Virus record (IMG/VR): IMGVR_UViG_3300020045_010371
Span: 1 to 24,588 of that record
DNA: 24,588 bases
From: a virus
Lineage: Duplodnaviria; Caudoviricetes
Strand: one strand, 5' to 3'
Position 1 is the first letter of the stretch. The number at the start of each line of letters is the position of its first letter. This document shows positions 1 to 8,963 of this stretch, piece after piece. The notes under the pieces are model-generated. The model was not told the origin of the DNA, did not search any database, and was given only the letters and a program-made list of their open reading frames with translations. The position numbers and the translations under genes are program-made.

Positions 1-282
1 ATTAGGTACTGATATAATAATTCCCTTTTGTTCTATATAATCATTAATTGCTTCATTGTAAGTATTAAATATAACAGAAGAACCCTGAGCTAAAGGGACA
101 GAAAGTTTAAAACTTGCTGTTTTACAATTTTCCAATATTAGATTGTTAGGTTGCTCATAGTCCTTATAAAGAACTTTTGTTTCAATCTCACTATCTATTA
201 ATGCGGAAACACCAATGTTATCTAATACGTCATAGTAGATTCGTTTTGCTTCTGATGTTGTTTTACTTAAATCAAGAGCCAA
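1..282 (-). CDS. Partial virion (neck/head-completion region) protein, runs off window start; not in ORF track
   Basis: TTG start at 282 preceded by SD-like GGTGAGGA; open frame MALDLSKTTSEAKRIYYDVLDNIGV...IISVPN to base 1. Function inferred only from position downstream of capsid. Confidence 0.7.
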   Translation of the reverse strand, partial: MALDLSKTTSEAKRIYYDVLDNIGVSALIDSEIETKVLYKDYEQPNNLILENCKTASFKLSVPLAQGSSVIFNTYNEAINDYIEQKGIIISVPN

Positions 283-436
283 CGTCCTCACCACTCATTC
301 TTTTTATATCATTAGCCAAATCAAGCAGTTTCTTTCTGATAATCTTAAACTTGTCTTGGTCATTAACAGCAAGCTGTACAAGTTCTATAATAAAAAAGGT
401 TCTATTTGACAATTCATCAATTTTACTTTTATCCAT
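272..436 (-). CDS. 54-aa hypothetical protein of the head/neck module; not in ORF track
   Basis: MDKSKIDELSNRTFFIIELVQLAVNDQDKFKIIRKKLLDLANDIKRMSGEDVGS*; SD GGGAGTGA; overlaps both neighbours. Confidence 0.75.
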   Translation of the reverse strand: MDKSKIDELSNRTFFIIELVQLAVNDQDKFKIIRKKLLDLANDIKRMSGEDVGS

Positions 437-917
437 TCCAATCACTCCCAAACTGTTCTACAACAATTGAAGAGAGCGGATTCAAACCTTGATTCGATAT
501 AATTGAAGAATATGCCGCAATAATGTCTTTCTCAACTGTCTGTAATGTATATTCAACTTGTTTTGCTCGTTCTTCAAGTGATCTAACCTCAAACGTAATA
601 GTTTTAAAGTTAATAGCACCTCTATTAAATTCATCTTTTAATCTAAGCAAGTAAATCTTATAGCATAGAAGAGCAATTAAGTATTGCTCTTGATAAGAAA
701 AAATACAACTTGCATATGTAACGGTTTGATCTAAACCATTTTCATCAACTTCTGTTTCATCAGCAAAAGTTATAGATCTATCAGTAGCTATACTAAACTG
801 AATCACAGCTAATTTAGCAATGTCTTGATCGACAACACCTTCTGTTTTATAATCAGCAGGAATCAGAATCATCATCATACTCATTATATCTCTTAATGGA
901 GTATTTATATTAGCCAC
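429..917 (-). CDS. Probable head-tail adaptor/neck protein
   Basis: 162-aa ORF, GTG start with strong SD AAGGAGTGA; second gene after the capsid. Function from synteny only. Confidence 0.55.
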   Translation of the reverse strand: MANINTPLRDIMSMMMILIPADYKTEGVVDQDIAKLAVIQFSIATDRSITFADETEVDENGLDQTVTYASCIFSYQEQYLIALLCYKIYLLRLKDEFNRGAINFKTITFEVRSLEERAKQVEYTLQTVEKDIIAAYSSIISNQGLNPLSSIVVEQFGSDWNG

Positions 918-929
918 TTATCTCACTCC

Positions 930-1364
930 TTATAGTCCACGCTCAAGTAACAATTCTTCAATTCTTTTTTCAATAGATTCAACAAACTTAATCGGTTTAT
1001 CTGCCTCTGTAGCTTCTTTTACAAGCTGACGCAAGAAATCTTCACGAGAAATTTCCTTGATATCTTTTGTTAATTTTGCCTGAGTTAAACCAAGAAAATA
1101 TGGAATATCTTTAACTGTTAGTGCGTTTTTTGTCTGAGGAATTTCTAATTTAATTTCTTCTGGAAGATCTTCTTCATCTGTCTTAGCAACACGAAGTATT
1201 CCACGATCAAAAGCTTTAGATTGTGAAATAACCCAAGAAAGTTCTTCTTCTTTAAGAAATACAAAACCCTTTGCAGGAACTTCAATTTCTCTGCCATTAA
1301 GACCATTCAAATTAATAAAAACCTTACCGTCAACAAGACAATTTTCAACTTTAAACTGTTTCAT
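930..1364 (-). CDS. Hypothetical protein immediately downstream of major capsid gene
   Basis: 144-aa charged ORF with SD AAGGAAAGGT upstream of ATG. Confidence 0.75.
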   Translation of the reverse strand: MKQFKVENCLVDGKVFINLNGLNGREIEVPAKGFVFLKEEELSWVISQSKAFDRGILRVAKTDEEDLPEEIKLEIPQTKNALTVKDIPYFLGLTQAKLTKDIKEISREDFLRQLVKEATEADKPIKFVESIEKRIEELLLERGL

Positions 1365-1386
1365 TTTTTTATTACCTTTCCTTTAT

Positions 1387-1416
1387 CAAAATAAGGGGGT
1401 AGAATTACCTACCCCC
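1387..1416 (-). terminator. Intrinsic terminator after the capsid-like coding segment
   Basis: 8-bp stem GGGGGTAG/CTACCCCC (1395-1416) followed on the minus strand by TTATTTT. Confidence 0.8.
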
Positions 1417-1431
1417 AAATTAAATCTTTTA

Positions 1432-1945
1432 TTAAACAATTTCAATGAGATATAGATATTCTGGATGTGTGATGACCCAACCTTTTTCAAGGTCGATCTT
1501 GGCGTACCAAGACCAATCATCAATGTTTGTTGCTTGACCAACACGACCTTGACCACGTGTAGCAGCGAAGCCGACAGCTTCAGATGTAACGAAGACAAGA
1601 TTTGTAGGCATAGCAATTTCGCCATTTTCACCAAGACCTTCTGTAAGAGCAACAACCTTGCAACCAAGATATGTGCCAACGAGACCACCAGTGCGGAGTT
1701 CATCTTTAGCAGCTTCAGAAAGTTGTGATTCAACATAACCGCTAAAACCCATGATTTTTGTAGCCTGTGTGTAGGTGCAGATGATAGAAGGAGTTTTACC
1801 TGTCTTCGAACGAACACCATTAATTGCTGTTTGGAGTGCGGCTTCAGTGATAGCAGTAGTTGCTGTGGTATAGTTACCATTACCACCATTACCAACTGTG
1901 TTAAAAGCCTGTTTCAAAATCGTGTAAACTTTGCTGTTGATAGCA
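1432..1945 (-). other. C-terminal ~170 aa of an HK97-like major capsid protein from a different phage, in frame with the portal
   Basis: ...KTPSIICTYTQATKI...AAKDELRTGGLVGTYLGCKVVAL...MPTNLVFV...KGWVITHPEYLYLIEIV resembles the capsid A/P-domain pattern (G.+.G..VV, final beta strands); higher GC, C-ending and CGT codons; followed by terminator. Confidence 0.75.
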
Positions 1946-4131
1946 ACTTCAATAGCTTTCTGATAATTTGTATCAATTTCATATTGTTTAAGATCTCTAT
2001 CAGCTTGATTATCAGCAAGTAACTCTTGATGTTGTTGAGCCAATTGTTCCATTTGTGCTCTAACATTGTCTTGTTCAGCTTTGATATTCTCTTGTTCTTG
2101 TTGTTGTTTCTCTCTAACTGATTTTTCAATCTTACGTTTAATAGAAGCAGTAGAATCTGTTGAGAATATATCCATCATTTGGATTAAGTCTACTTGTCCA
2201 GTTTGTAAAGCAATCTTAACAGCTTCTTGTAAAGTTGTAATTGTTCTAGCATCATTTGTAGCATCTCCAACTAAAATACCATAATCAGCCTCATTTATTA
2301 AATCTCCATCAACTTCAAATATCTTTGAAGTCATTTCAGATGTAATATACTGAATAGTTTCTTTCTTCTCTCTTAAACAATATTTTGCTACTTCTAATAG
2401 AGCTCTTAATGTTCTTAATTTAATATTATCATGAATTGTAAAATAAGATTCTGTAATATTAGCAGATGCTTCTTGTGCTTCTCTAGTTACTTGTAAACCA
2501 GCATCAGCACTTAACATTCCTTGTCTTTGACCATTAATACCAATAATCTTATCTAACTGAGATTCAAGGTATTGTAACATCAACATATTTTGTTGAATAA
2601 ACTGACCTTGTTCCATATTAATAACATCACCGGTGGTTCCGCCAGAGCCCGCTAATTTACCTTGAGCAGCACCCTTTTTACCTTCTTTAAAGGAGTCAAT
2701 AACTGCCCAACCCATATTGGTTGCAAAATGCATCCACATGTCTATATCCCAATCATCTGGTATTAAAGCAAGGTCTAATTTTCCAATTTTACCCATTGCT
2801 TTAATCATTGCATTTTCTGTTCTCCAGAAATAAGCATCATATTTTATACTGTATTCTTTTGCTATGTCATATAAACAAGTTTCTAGTTTAGTACCAACAT
2901 AACCAAGAGAACAATAGGATGGATCATCTAATCTTCTAAATTGTACACTTCTAGGTTTACCTTTAATAAAAATATCTTCTCCAATTCTAGTTACTTCCCA
3001 AGCTTCATTAACCCACAACCATTTTACTGATTCACCTAGATCTTCATCAATTTTGTAATTTTCATCTACAAATTTTTCTTGGGCATCTCCTGCTTCATCA
3101 AAATATGTAACTTCTCCTACTTTTCTTAAAGACTTCCATCTTGTGTGTACTACTCTAATATTTCCTTCAGAATCATAATATCCATCAAAATTAGAATTAG
3201 CAACCATTAAATCACCAGTTTCAGTATTTGGTATAAAGAAACCAGTTTGTTCATCTTTCTTATAATATTGATTTAATGTAAAATCTTCATACTGAGTTCT
3301 ATCAGCTTGTCTTGATTCTAATTCATCAATTTGACCTGGTTTAAGATAATCATAGTAATAATCTATTACTTGTCCTAATGGTACATAATAACATCTTACT
3401 ACTGCATCTGAATCATCTATATATCTTCTCTCTGGACCTTTCAACCAATACATGGTTTGTGGATCACAAGCTTCTACAACTGGTCTACCATTATGTTCAT
3501 CAATAGAAACTAATCCTTCTCCAGTTAATATCTCATATTCCCAAGTTTTGGAAAATTCTGTCTTTAAATCTAAGGACTGATTATAGTGATGTAATAATTG
3601 ATCAGCTGTTACTTCTCTTATTTCTTGCCAATCGTAGTTTAAATATTCATTTAATTTAGCAAGTTTCTTTTGAGCTTCTTCTTCATTATAAGATGTACTA
3701 TTTATCTGTTCTGTCATGAACTTAAAATACTCATCTTTCATTTGTTCCTCTTTTTGAGATACTGCATCTCTATTAGAAACATATGTTTTCCACTCAAATC
3801 TTCTTTTAATTTCCTCTCCTTTAAGTGTTTGGACTTTAGGATTCTCAATTTTATAATGTTTAAAATCTAAAGGGATTTTAAAGTCTTTTAAATTATAAGG
3901 GTTACATATTCTACCAACCTCTAAAGGATCCAAGATACCATGATAATACATATCACAGTTTCTTTTCATGTTGATCTTATCAGATTCAGCATATGTATTC
4001 TTATTGATTAATCTATTTTCCCAATATAATGCATTATCTTTACACCAGTCAGCAGTTTTCTGACTAGTACTTATTTTCTGTCTTGGGACAGTAGAAGGTA
4101 TATTAAGATTTTCTTTTGATGTAAATTCCAT
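1432..4131 (-). CDS. crAss-like portal protein (aa ~1-729) fused to a foreign capsid C-terminus
   Basis: N-terminal PRQKIS...K...WCK, PKVQTLKGEEIKR, W.WVNE.WE.T.IG, GINGQRQG and C-terminal Q/E-rich coiled coil typical of Crassvirales portals; lies just downstream of TerL. Confidence 0.88.
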   Translation of the reverse strand: MEFTSKENLNIPSTVPRQKISTSQKTADWCKDNALYWENRLINKNTYAESDKINMKRNCDMYYHGILDPLEVGRICNPYNLKDFKIPLDFKHYKIENPKVQTLKGEEIKRRFEWKTYVSNRDAVSQKEEQMKDEYFKFMTEQINSTSYNEEEAQKKLAKLNEYLNYDWQEIREVTADQLLHHYNQSLDLKTEFSKTWEYEILTGEGLVSIDEHNGRPVVEACDPQTMYWLKGPERRYIDDSDAVVRCYYVPLGQVIDYYYDYLKPGQIDELESRQADRTQYEDFTLNQYYKKDEQTGFFIPNTETGDLMVANSNFDGYYDSEGNIRVVHTRWKSLRKVGEVTYFDEAGDAQEKFVDENYKIDEDLGESVKWLWVNEAWEVTRIGEDIFIKGKPRSVQFRRLDDPSYCSLGYVGTKLETCLYDIAKEYSIKYDAYFWRTENAMIKAMGKIGKLDLALIPDDWDIDMWMHFATNMGWAVIDSFKEGKKGAAQGKLAGSGGTTGDVINMEQGQFIQQNMLMLQYLESQLDKIIGINGQRQGMLSADAGLQVTREAQEASANITESYFTIHDNIKLRTLRALLEVAKYCLREKKETIQYITSEMTSKIFEVDGDLINEADYGILVGDATNDARTITTLQEAVKIALQTGQVDLIQMMDIFSTDSTASIKRKIEKSVREKQQQEQENIKAEQDNVRAQMEQLAQQHQELLADNQADRDLKQYEIDTNYQKAIEVAINSKVYTILKQAFNTVGNGGNGNYTTATTAITEAALQTAINGVRSKTGKTPSIICTYTQATKIMGFSGYVESQLSEAAKDELRTGGLVGTYLGCKVVALTEGLGENGEIAMPTNLVFVTSEAVGFAATRGQGRVGQATNIDDWSWYAKIDLEKGWVITHPEYLYLIEIV

Positions 4132-4150
4132 GTTAGTATAAGCTAATTAG

Positions 4151-4158
4151 CAAAGATA
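4151..4158 (-). promoter_or_regulatory. Bacteroidota housekeeping-sigma -7 element upstream of portal
   Basis: TATCTTTG matches TAnnTTTG, 19 nt before the portal ATG; no clear -33 TTTG. Confidence 0.6.
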
Positions 4159-4214
4159 CTGTTAAATTCTACTTGTTCAGCTTTTTAATATAAATTTTGA
4201 TTTTTCAGGTATAG

Positions 4215-4439
4215 CTAATCTCCTATTAATCCTTCAAATTTTTCATTTAAGATTTCTTTTGGTACAATAGCTACATCATATAACTTTAAATTATGTTCTT
4301 GTACTATCCTTGGTCTTTTACCACCATTAGATGAATCCCATATAACAATACCACCATTCTTCATGATATTATATAGTTGATCAACATTTATATCATCTGG
4401 TATAGACTTAATGTCATATATTACTTTTAAATTATCCAT
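4215..4439 (-). CDS. Hypothetical protein between terminase and portal
   Basis: 74-aa ORF whose start overlaps the TerL stop (ATGGATAA); ends at TAG. Confidence 0.7.
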   Translation of the reverse strand: MDNLKVIYDIKSIPDDINVDQLYNIMKNGGIVIWDSSNGGKRPRIVQEHNLKLYDVAIVPKEILNEKFEGLIGD

Positions 4440-6432
4440 TTCTTCTATAGTTTCTCAAAAAGAAAGAATCTTGTGCTAATGATTTATGATTCTTCTGTGT
4501 TTCTTCATTATATTTTTCTCTTTCATGAAATGCTAACATTAACATTGATAATGCTGAAACCCTATCAAAGTTTCCATCAATATTCCATACTGTCATTTCT
4601 TTAATAGCTGGTAAACATCTAAATCTATGTAGTTGTATTTCTTCTGGTTTATCAGGATCATTTGTAGATTCTAAACACCATTTAGCTAATAATCCTCTAG
4701 CAAATTTATTTATTTCTTTACTAGGTGGAGTTCCTCTTTTTCTTCTACCTGTATTATTTCTAATAGTTGTATCCTCAAGTGTTTCTCTAACAACTCTAGG
4801 TTCATCCATTAATAACCAACCACAATTTTTATTGTCTAAATAGTCAAAGATTCCTTTATTGGCATTTTCCACATTGGCTTTAGCATTGTAATATAAAAGT
4901 AATCTTCTTACATTTTCATAAAACTCTTCTGAAGTTTTTGGTCTTCCGGTATATTCTGCTACAATTCTTCTAGTCCATAAATCTCCAATAAAACAACTAC
5001 CTAATGATGTAGTAGTTGATTCATCAAAATCATAACTATCTATTCCTGCAACATATCTATTTTCATGTACTTCTCCAGTATTGGTTTTAGCTGGATGAGC
5101 ATATAAAACAATTCCACCATATAGATTTTTATTATCTTTTAAATTTCTATCGTATAATGGTCTTATTGTTGTATCATTTATAAACTTATATTTCTGTGTT
5201 TCTTTATCTAATTCAAATCTTCCAACAAAATCTGCATCTCTATACTGATGTGGTTTAGATACTATTTCAGCTTCTTGTTTCTTTAGTTCATCAATTGGAA
5301 ATTGTGTACCAGAAATCCTCATCATCATCTCTCTAGGATTCATTGGTAACTCGGCTTTTCTTCTAGTTAATGCATGAGGATCATTACCTTGTGCAACTAA
5401 CTTTCTATCAGCCTCAATAATTCTTCTAGCTTTTTCTTCATCAGAATTACCATCTTTATCCATGGCTCCTGAATAATTTTTATATACTGGGAAGAAAAAT
5501 CCACATTCAGTATCTTCCATTCCTTCATCCCAGATATTTTTGGTTCCTCTTATATTATAAGATTTTGGATTTAAAAATAATTCTTCAAATCCTTCAAAAT
5601 TAGAACCCTCTTCTCCACCTGTACCAATAGCAAGTATTAATCCAAATGTATTTTTACCATCCTCCATTGAAGGTCTTAATATGTTCCATCCAACACTTAA
5701 TTTTGGATAAGAACCACCCTCTTCTAATATAATTAATTTACCACGCTTACCACGAAGCTTATTTATATTATCTCCAGTTGTTACACCTATTATCTCTGAT
5801 TTAAAACTTTTAGGATGTATTGTTTCAATACCAAATTCATTCTTTATTTTAACAGATGCTTTTCTATGTAGCTCTGAGTTATTCTCATGCCTTCTTTTTC
5901 CCCAAGGAGTATTAGCATCAATAAAATCCATTAGTTCCCAAGCCTTTGAAATAATACCATCTTTTAATAGATATTCTTCTTTGGATGCAAAACAATAGGA
6001 TTTAGATTTTCTTATGTGATGATAATTTCTTACACACATACTAGCTGATTTTAAAGATTTCCCTTTACCACGGCTACCACCTAACATTGCATGTTTACCA
6101 CCATTCTCAGCAGCTTCTATATAATGAAAGAAATCATAATCACCATCCCAGAAGTCTGGAAATCCCTCAACACGTTCTGCTTGGTTTAATCCAAGTTCAT
6201 CTTGAGATTCTACTATAATTGAAGTTTTTAATATAGGACTGAAATTCAAGTAGTTATAGTGATAACCAGTTATTCTAACTCCTTCTACTTCATACCCCTC
6301 TAAACATCTTCTTCTTTCCTCTTTCCAAAAATCTTTATAAGCTTTTGACCCTGGAGCCAAAAGAGTATATCTTCCATTATTCTTAATGAAATTATTAGCA
6401 GCTTCTTGAAATAGTTTTGTATTCTTAAACAT
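4432..6432 (-). CDS. terL: Terminase large subunit, crAss-like
   Basis: FWKEERRRC..G...ITGYHYNYLNF N-terminus, Walker A-like SRGKGKS, Walker B LIILEE, motif III GTGG, nuclease VAGIDSYD and NFDRVSAL. Confidence 0.95.
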   Translation of the reverse strand: MFKNTKLFQEAANNFIKNNGRYTLLAPGSKAYKDFWKEERRRCLEGYEVEGVRITGYHYNYLNFSPILKTSIIVESQDELGLNQAERVEGFPDFWDGDYDFFHYIEAAENGGKHAMLGGSRGKGKSLKSASMCVRNYHHIRKSKSYCFASKEEYLLKDGIISKAWELMDFIDANTPWGKRRHENNSELHRKASVKIKNEFGIETIHPKSFKSEIIGVTTGDNINKLRGKRGKLIILEEGGSYPKLSVGWNILRPSMEDGKNTFGLILAIGTGGEEGSNFEGFEELFLNPKSYNIRGTKNIWDEGMEDTECGFFFPVYKNYSGAMDKDGNSDEEKARRIIEADRKLVAQGNDPHALTRRKAELPMNPREMMMRISGTQFPIDELKKQEAEIVSKPHQYRDADFVGRFELDKETQKYKFINDTTIRPLYDRNLKDNKNLYGGIVLYAHPAKTNTGEVHENRYVAGIDSYDFDESTTTSLGSCFIGDLWTRRIVAEYTGRPKTSEEFYENVRRLLLYYNAKANVENANKGIFDYLDNKNCGWLLMDEPRVVRETLEDTTIRNNTGRRKRGTPPSKEINKFARGLLAKWCLESTNDPDKPEEIQLHRFRCLPAIKEMTVWNIDGNFDRVSALSMLMLAFHEREKYNEETQKNHKSLAQDSFFLRNYRRNG

Positions 6433-6434
6433 AG

Positions 6435-6983
6435 TTAATCTTCTTCAAATTCAAACATTCCACCTGATCCTCCACCTCTAGCAGTAGAACCATTTGACTG
6501 TTCTTTTTTAACAGCTTCCATTAATTTATCTAAAGTATCTTTTACTCCAGAACAATCTTTTAACATTTTTGTTATATCTGTTCCTTTGTAAACTGGATTT
6601 CCTTTAGCATCTCTTTCTGTATAATCAATATCCATAAAATAATTCTCTGTTTCCTGCATAGCATGTCTAGCAGCTTTTAGAAAATTCATTGTAGGAGTTC
6701 TCTGTAACTCATCATATTTTTGCATAGCAGCTAAAACCACTTGATCGGGTTTATATTCTGATACACCCATAAAATCTTGAGCCAATCTCTCATCTCTTAC
6801 ATCTTTAGTATAAGATAAGTAATTAGATTGATAATCCATTGAAAAATAAACAAATGCAATTTCTTTTAATGCATTAACTTTATCTTTAGATTTATCTCTA
6901 TCAAACAGAGCTTTAAACTCTGGTATTAAAAGAGCCTCTGGTGTTATTAGTGGTTGGTAATTCTCTAATGTGAATAATTTCAT
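6435..6983 (-). CDS. Conserved crAss-like protein upstream of TerL; candidate small terminase
   Basis: 182-aa helical protein with RDKSKDK..A.KE..FVYF motif and coiled-coil plus RGG tail. TerS role inferred from position. Confidence 0.55.
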   Translation of the reverse strand: MKLFTLENYQPLITPEALLIPEFKALFDRDKSKDKVNALKEIAFVYFSMDYQSNYLSYTKDVRDERLAQDFMGVSEYKPDQVVLAAMQKYDELQRTPTMNFLKAARHAMQETENYFMDIDYTERDAKGNPVYKGTDITKMLKDCSGVKDTLDKLMEAVKKEQSNGSTARGGGSGGMFEFEED

Positions 6984-7336
6984 ATTGTTATTTCCTTTAA
7001 TCCAACATTAAATATTTGTTCTCCTTTAAATGGATTATTAATTAACTTCTTTTCAGTAGCTATTAAAATGAAATGGAAAGTAAAGTATTTCTTTTTATGG
7101 GAAAGTTCTATTGATACAAATCCATTATTCTTCTCTATGTTTGATCCAATCTCCTCAATCATGTTTGGAGTAAAGTAATCTTCATTATATTGAATAAATC
7201 TCTCTAAGAAAAGATTTGGGCATATAATTAATATATTATCAATATCTAGTGATAATTTATTTAAGATTTTTTGAATGTTTGTATGTTCTTCAGCTTGAAG
7301 AATTAAATCAATATTATTATTTCTTATTTTTAACAT
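6980..7336 (-). CDS. Hypothetical protein
   Basis: 118-aa ORF overlapping both neighbours (ATGA coupling to next gene). Confidence 0.7.
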   Translation of the reverse strand: MLKIRNNNIDLILQAEEHTNIQKILNKLSLDIDNILIICPNLFLERFIQYNEDYFTPNMIEEIGSNIEKNNGFVSIELSHKKKYFTFHFILIATEKKLINNPFKGEQIFNVGLKEITI

Positions 7337-7709
7337 CTAAAAGTTTTTCTGTTTTTGAAAAAAGTGCTCCAATCAAATATGCATAAGCTTCATTATCTCC
7401 ACCTTTTTTAAATTCAACACCTTTGTATTCTAAAATATCTTGTGTTAAATGAAATAATTCATGAACTAATGTTTCTTTTAAATTTCTTCTTTTTTTAATT
7501 ATGACAACAAAATGATGTTGTCCTTTTATGTTTTCAGATATTTGTAAGCCATGAACATAATGCCAACCCTTATATGCTTTAGTATCAAATCCTTTATCTT
7601 TTAAATGTTTTATTACTTCTCTCCAAGTATTTTTAAAAACAATAAATGTGACTTTACTTCCATATACAGGAACATTAAATTCTACTATATCAAATACCTT
7701 ATCTACCAT
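7317..7709 (-). CDS. Zincin-like (HExxH) metallopeptidase-domain protein
   Basis: TLVHELFH followed by a third-ligand motif NEAYAY. Confidence 0.7.
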   Translation of the reverse strand: MVDKVFDIVEFNVPVYGSKVTFIVFKNTWREVIKHLKDKGFDTKAYKGWHYVHGLQISENIKGQHHFVVIIKKRRNLKETLVHELFHLTQDILEYKGVEFKKGGDNEAYAYLIGALFSKTEKLLDVKNKK

Positions 7710-7942
7710 TTTCCCTTAATGCATTTCTTTTGATTCTGTCTTGTTAACCAAGCTAAATTACATCCACAACCACCTTTCTTTTTGTCACATTTCCTTTTTC
7801 CATCTGAAATGGTTGGACATTGTAAACAAGTTTCATATCTCTTTTTAGCAAGATCTTCTACCTTTGGATTAGCAATACCAAGATTACTCTTGGTACTGTT
7901 AATAAATCCATTGGCTAGTCCTTTAAAATCAATATTACTCAT
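7703..7942 (-). CDS. Small Cys-rich putative Zn-binding protein (DUF6171-like)
   Basis: R...CLQCP...C......CGC...........C..GKW pattern. Confidence 0.65.
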   Translation of the reverse strand: MSNIDFKGLANGFINSTKSNLGIANPKVEDLAKKRYETCLQCPTISDGKRKCDKKKGGCGCNLAWLTRQNQKKCIKGKW

Positions 7943-8331
7943 TACAAATGCTTTCCTAAAACTTCATATTCACCTAATTGTAAATAGAATTTATTCTCTA
8001 TTTTAATAGATGTTGCTTGACATCCTGGAGCAAATATTACTTTATCTCCTACACTACAAAAAGAAACTTCTGGTCCAATTGCAACTATTTCATAAGAACC
8101 AGATTCTTCACTCATTTTATTTGCTAAATTAGCAGATTTAGTTGTACCACCAATTTCTAACAATTCTTTATCTGAAAGTTCACCAACAGTTATTAATCCA
8201 TTTGCTTTCATTCTAGCAAAATCTTCATTATCTTTTTCATCATCAGCTACAACAACATATCTTCCTGCTGGCTGCCATTTAATAGTTGTTAATTGTTTAT
8301 TACACTCCTTTTGGTCTTTCTGTTCTTTCAT
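7942..8331 (-). CDS. GroES/Cpn10-like co-chaperonin
   Basis: QPAGRYVVV ... EIVAIGP...SVGDKVIF...IKIENKFYLQLGEYEVLG matches the Cpn10 signature; expanded mobile-loop region. Confidence 0.8.
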   Translation of the reverse strand: MKEQKDQKECNKQLTTIKWQPAGRYVVVADDEKDNEDFARMKANGLITVGELSDKELLEIGGTTKSANLANKMSEESGSYEIVAIGPEVSFCSVGDKVIFAPGCQATSIKIENKFYLQLGEYEVLGKHL

Positions 8332-8719
8332 ATTTCCAATTGTATATTAACTTGTATAATTCATTTTTATCTTCTTCCAATTCAAATGTAAATGTTTGAA
8401 TTGTTCCATCAAATATAATATCTAACTTATGAATATTATATGGTTCACCGGTTTCTTTTTTATAATCAGTTTCAATATATTTATTGATACAACTTATAAA
8501 ATCTTTTCCTATAACACCTTCTTCATCACAGAAGTTTTCAGATGTTTTAACTTCTCCAGGTTCATCATTCTTAATAAATTGAATAACTACCTCTTGTGTA
8601 AATTTTCTAACGTATTCTAATCTATCATCAAATAATACAACTCTTGTCTTTTTACCATTTTTGATTTCTCCTTCTGGACCTCTCCAAGGTAAGAATTTTA
8701 TTTCACTTATTTGATTCAT
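8300..8719 (-). CDS. Hypothetical protein
   Basis: 139-aa ORF in the tightly packed minus-strand operon. Confidence 0.75.
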   Translation of the reverse strand: MNQISEIKFLPWRGPEGEIKNGKKTRVVLFDDRLEYVRKFTQEVVIQFIKNDEPGEVKTSENFCDEEGVIGKDFISCINKYIETDYKKETGEPYNIHKLDIIFDGTIQTFTFELEEDKNELYKLIYNWKYERTERPKGV

Positions 8720-8963
8720 TTTGTTTAGCTCTTTTTTCTTTCAATTTTTCTCTTTTTTCTGTATAATCAATTTTGCTCAATTTCTTTTGACTAGGAATAT
8801 ACTTTCCCCAATTAGGTAACTTTATAATTGGAAATTCTAATCCATTGATTTCTGTTCTAAGTTTCTTAAACTGAGAATTATATATTTCCTCTATAACGTA
8901 TGGAGGTAAATTATATTTCCTTCCAAGAGTTTTAAACAGTTCCTCTATCTTCTTTTGAGCCAT
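8703..8963 (-). CDS. HU/IHF-like DNA-binding protein
   Basis: Two N-terminal helices then IKLPNWGKY (cf. I.l.gFG.F of HU/IHF); basic; usual neighbour of TerL in crAss-like phages. Confidence 0.7.
   Translation of the reverse strand: MAQKKIEELFKTLGRKYNLPPYVIEEIYNSQFKKLRTEINGLEFPIIKLPNWGKYIPSQKKLSKIDYTEKREKLKEKRAKQNESNK

Noticed and set aside
177-470. Plus-strand 97-aa ORF from the track
   Set aside because: Antisense to two SD-led minus-strand genes (1-282, 272-436); shadow ORF.
1386-2284. Track ORFs 1386-1895(-), 1465-1728(+), 1831-2022(+), 1914-2129(-), 2066-2284(+)
   Set aside because: Alternative-frame or antisense shadows of the portal/capsid frame; 1386-1895 runs through the terminator; no frameshift is needed to explain the region.
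4432-6432. Intein or intron in the terminase
   Set aside because: 666-aa continuous ORF with normally spaced motifs and no intein splice-junction signature.
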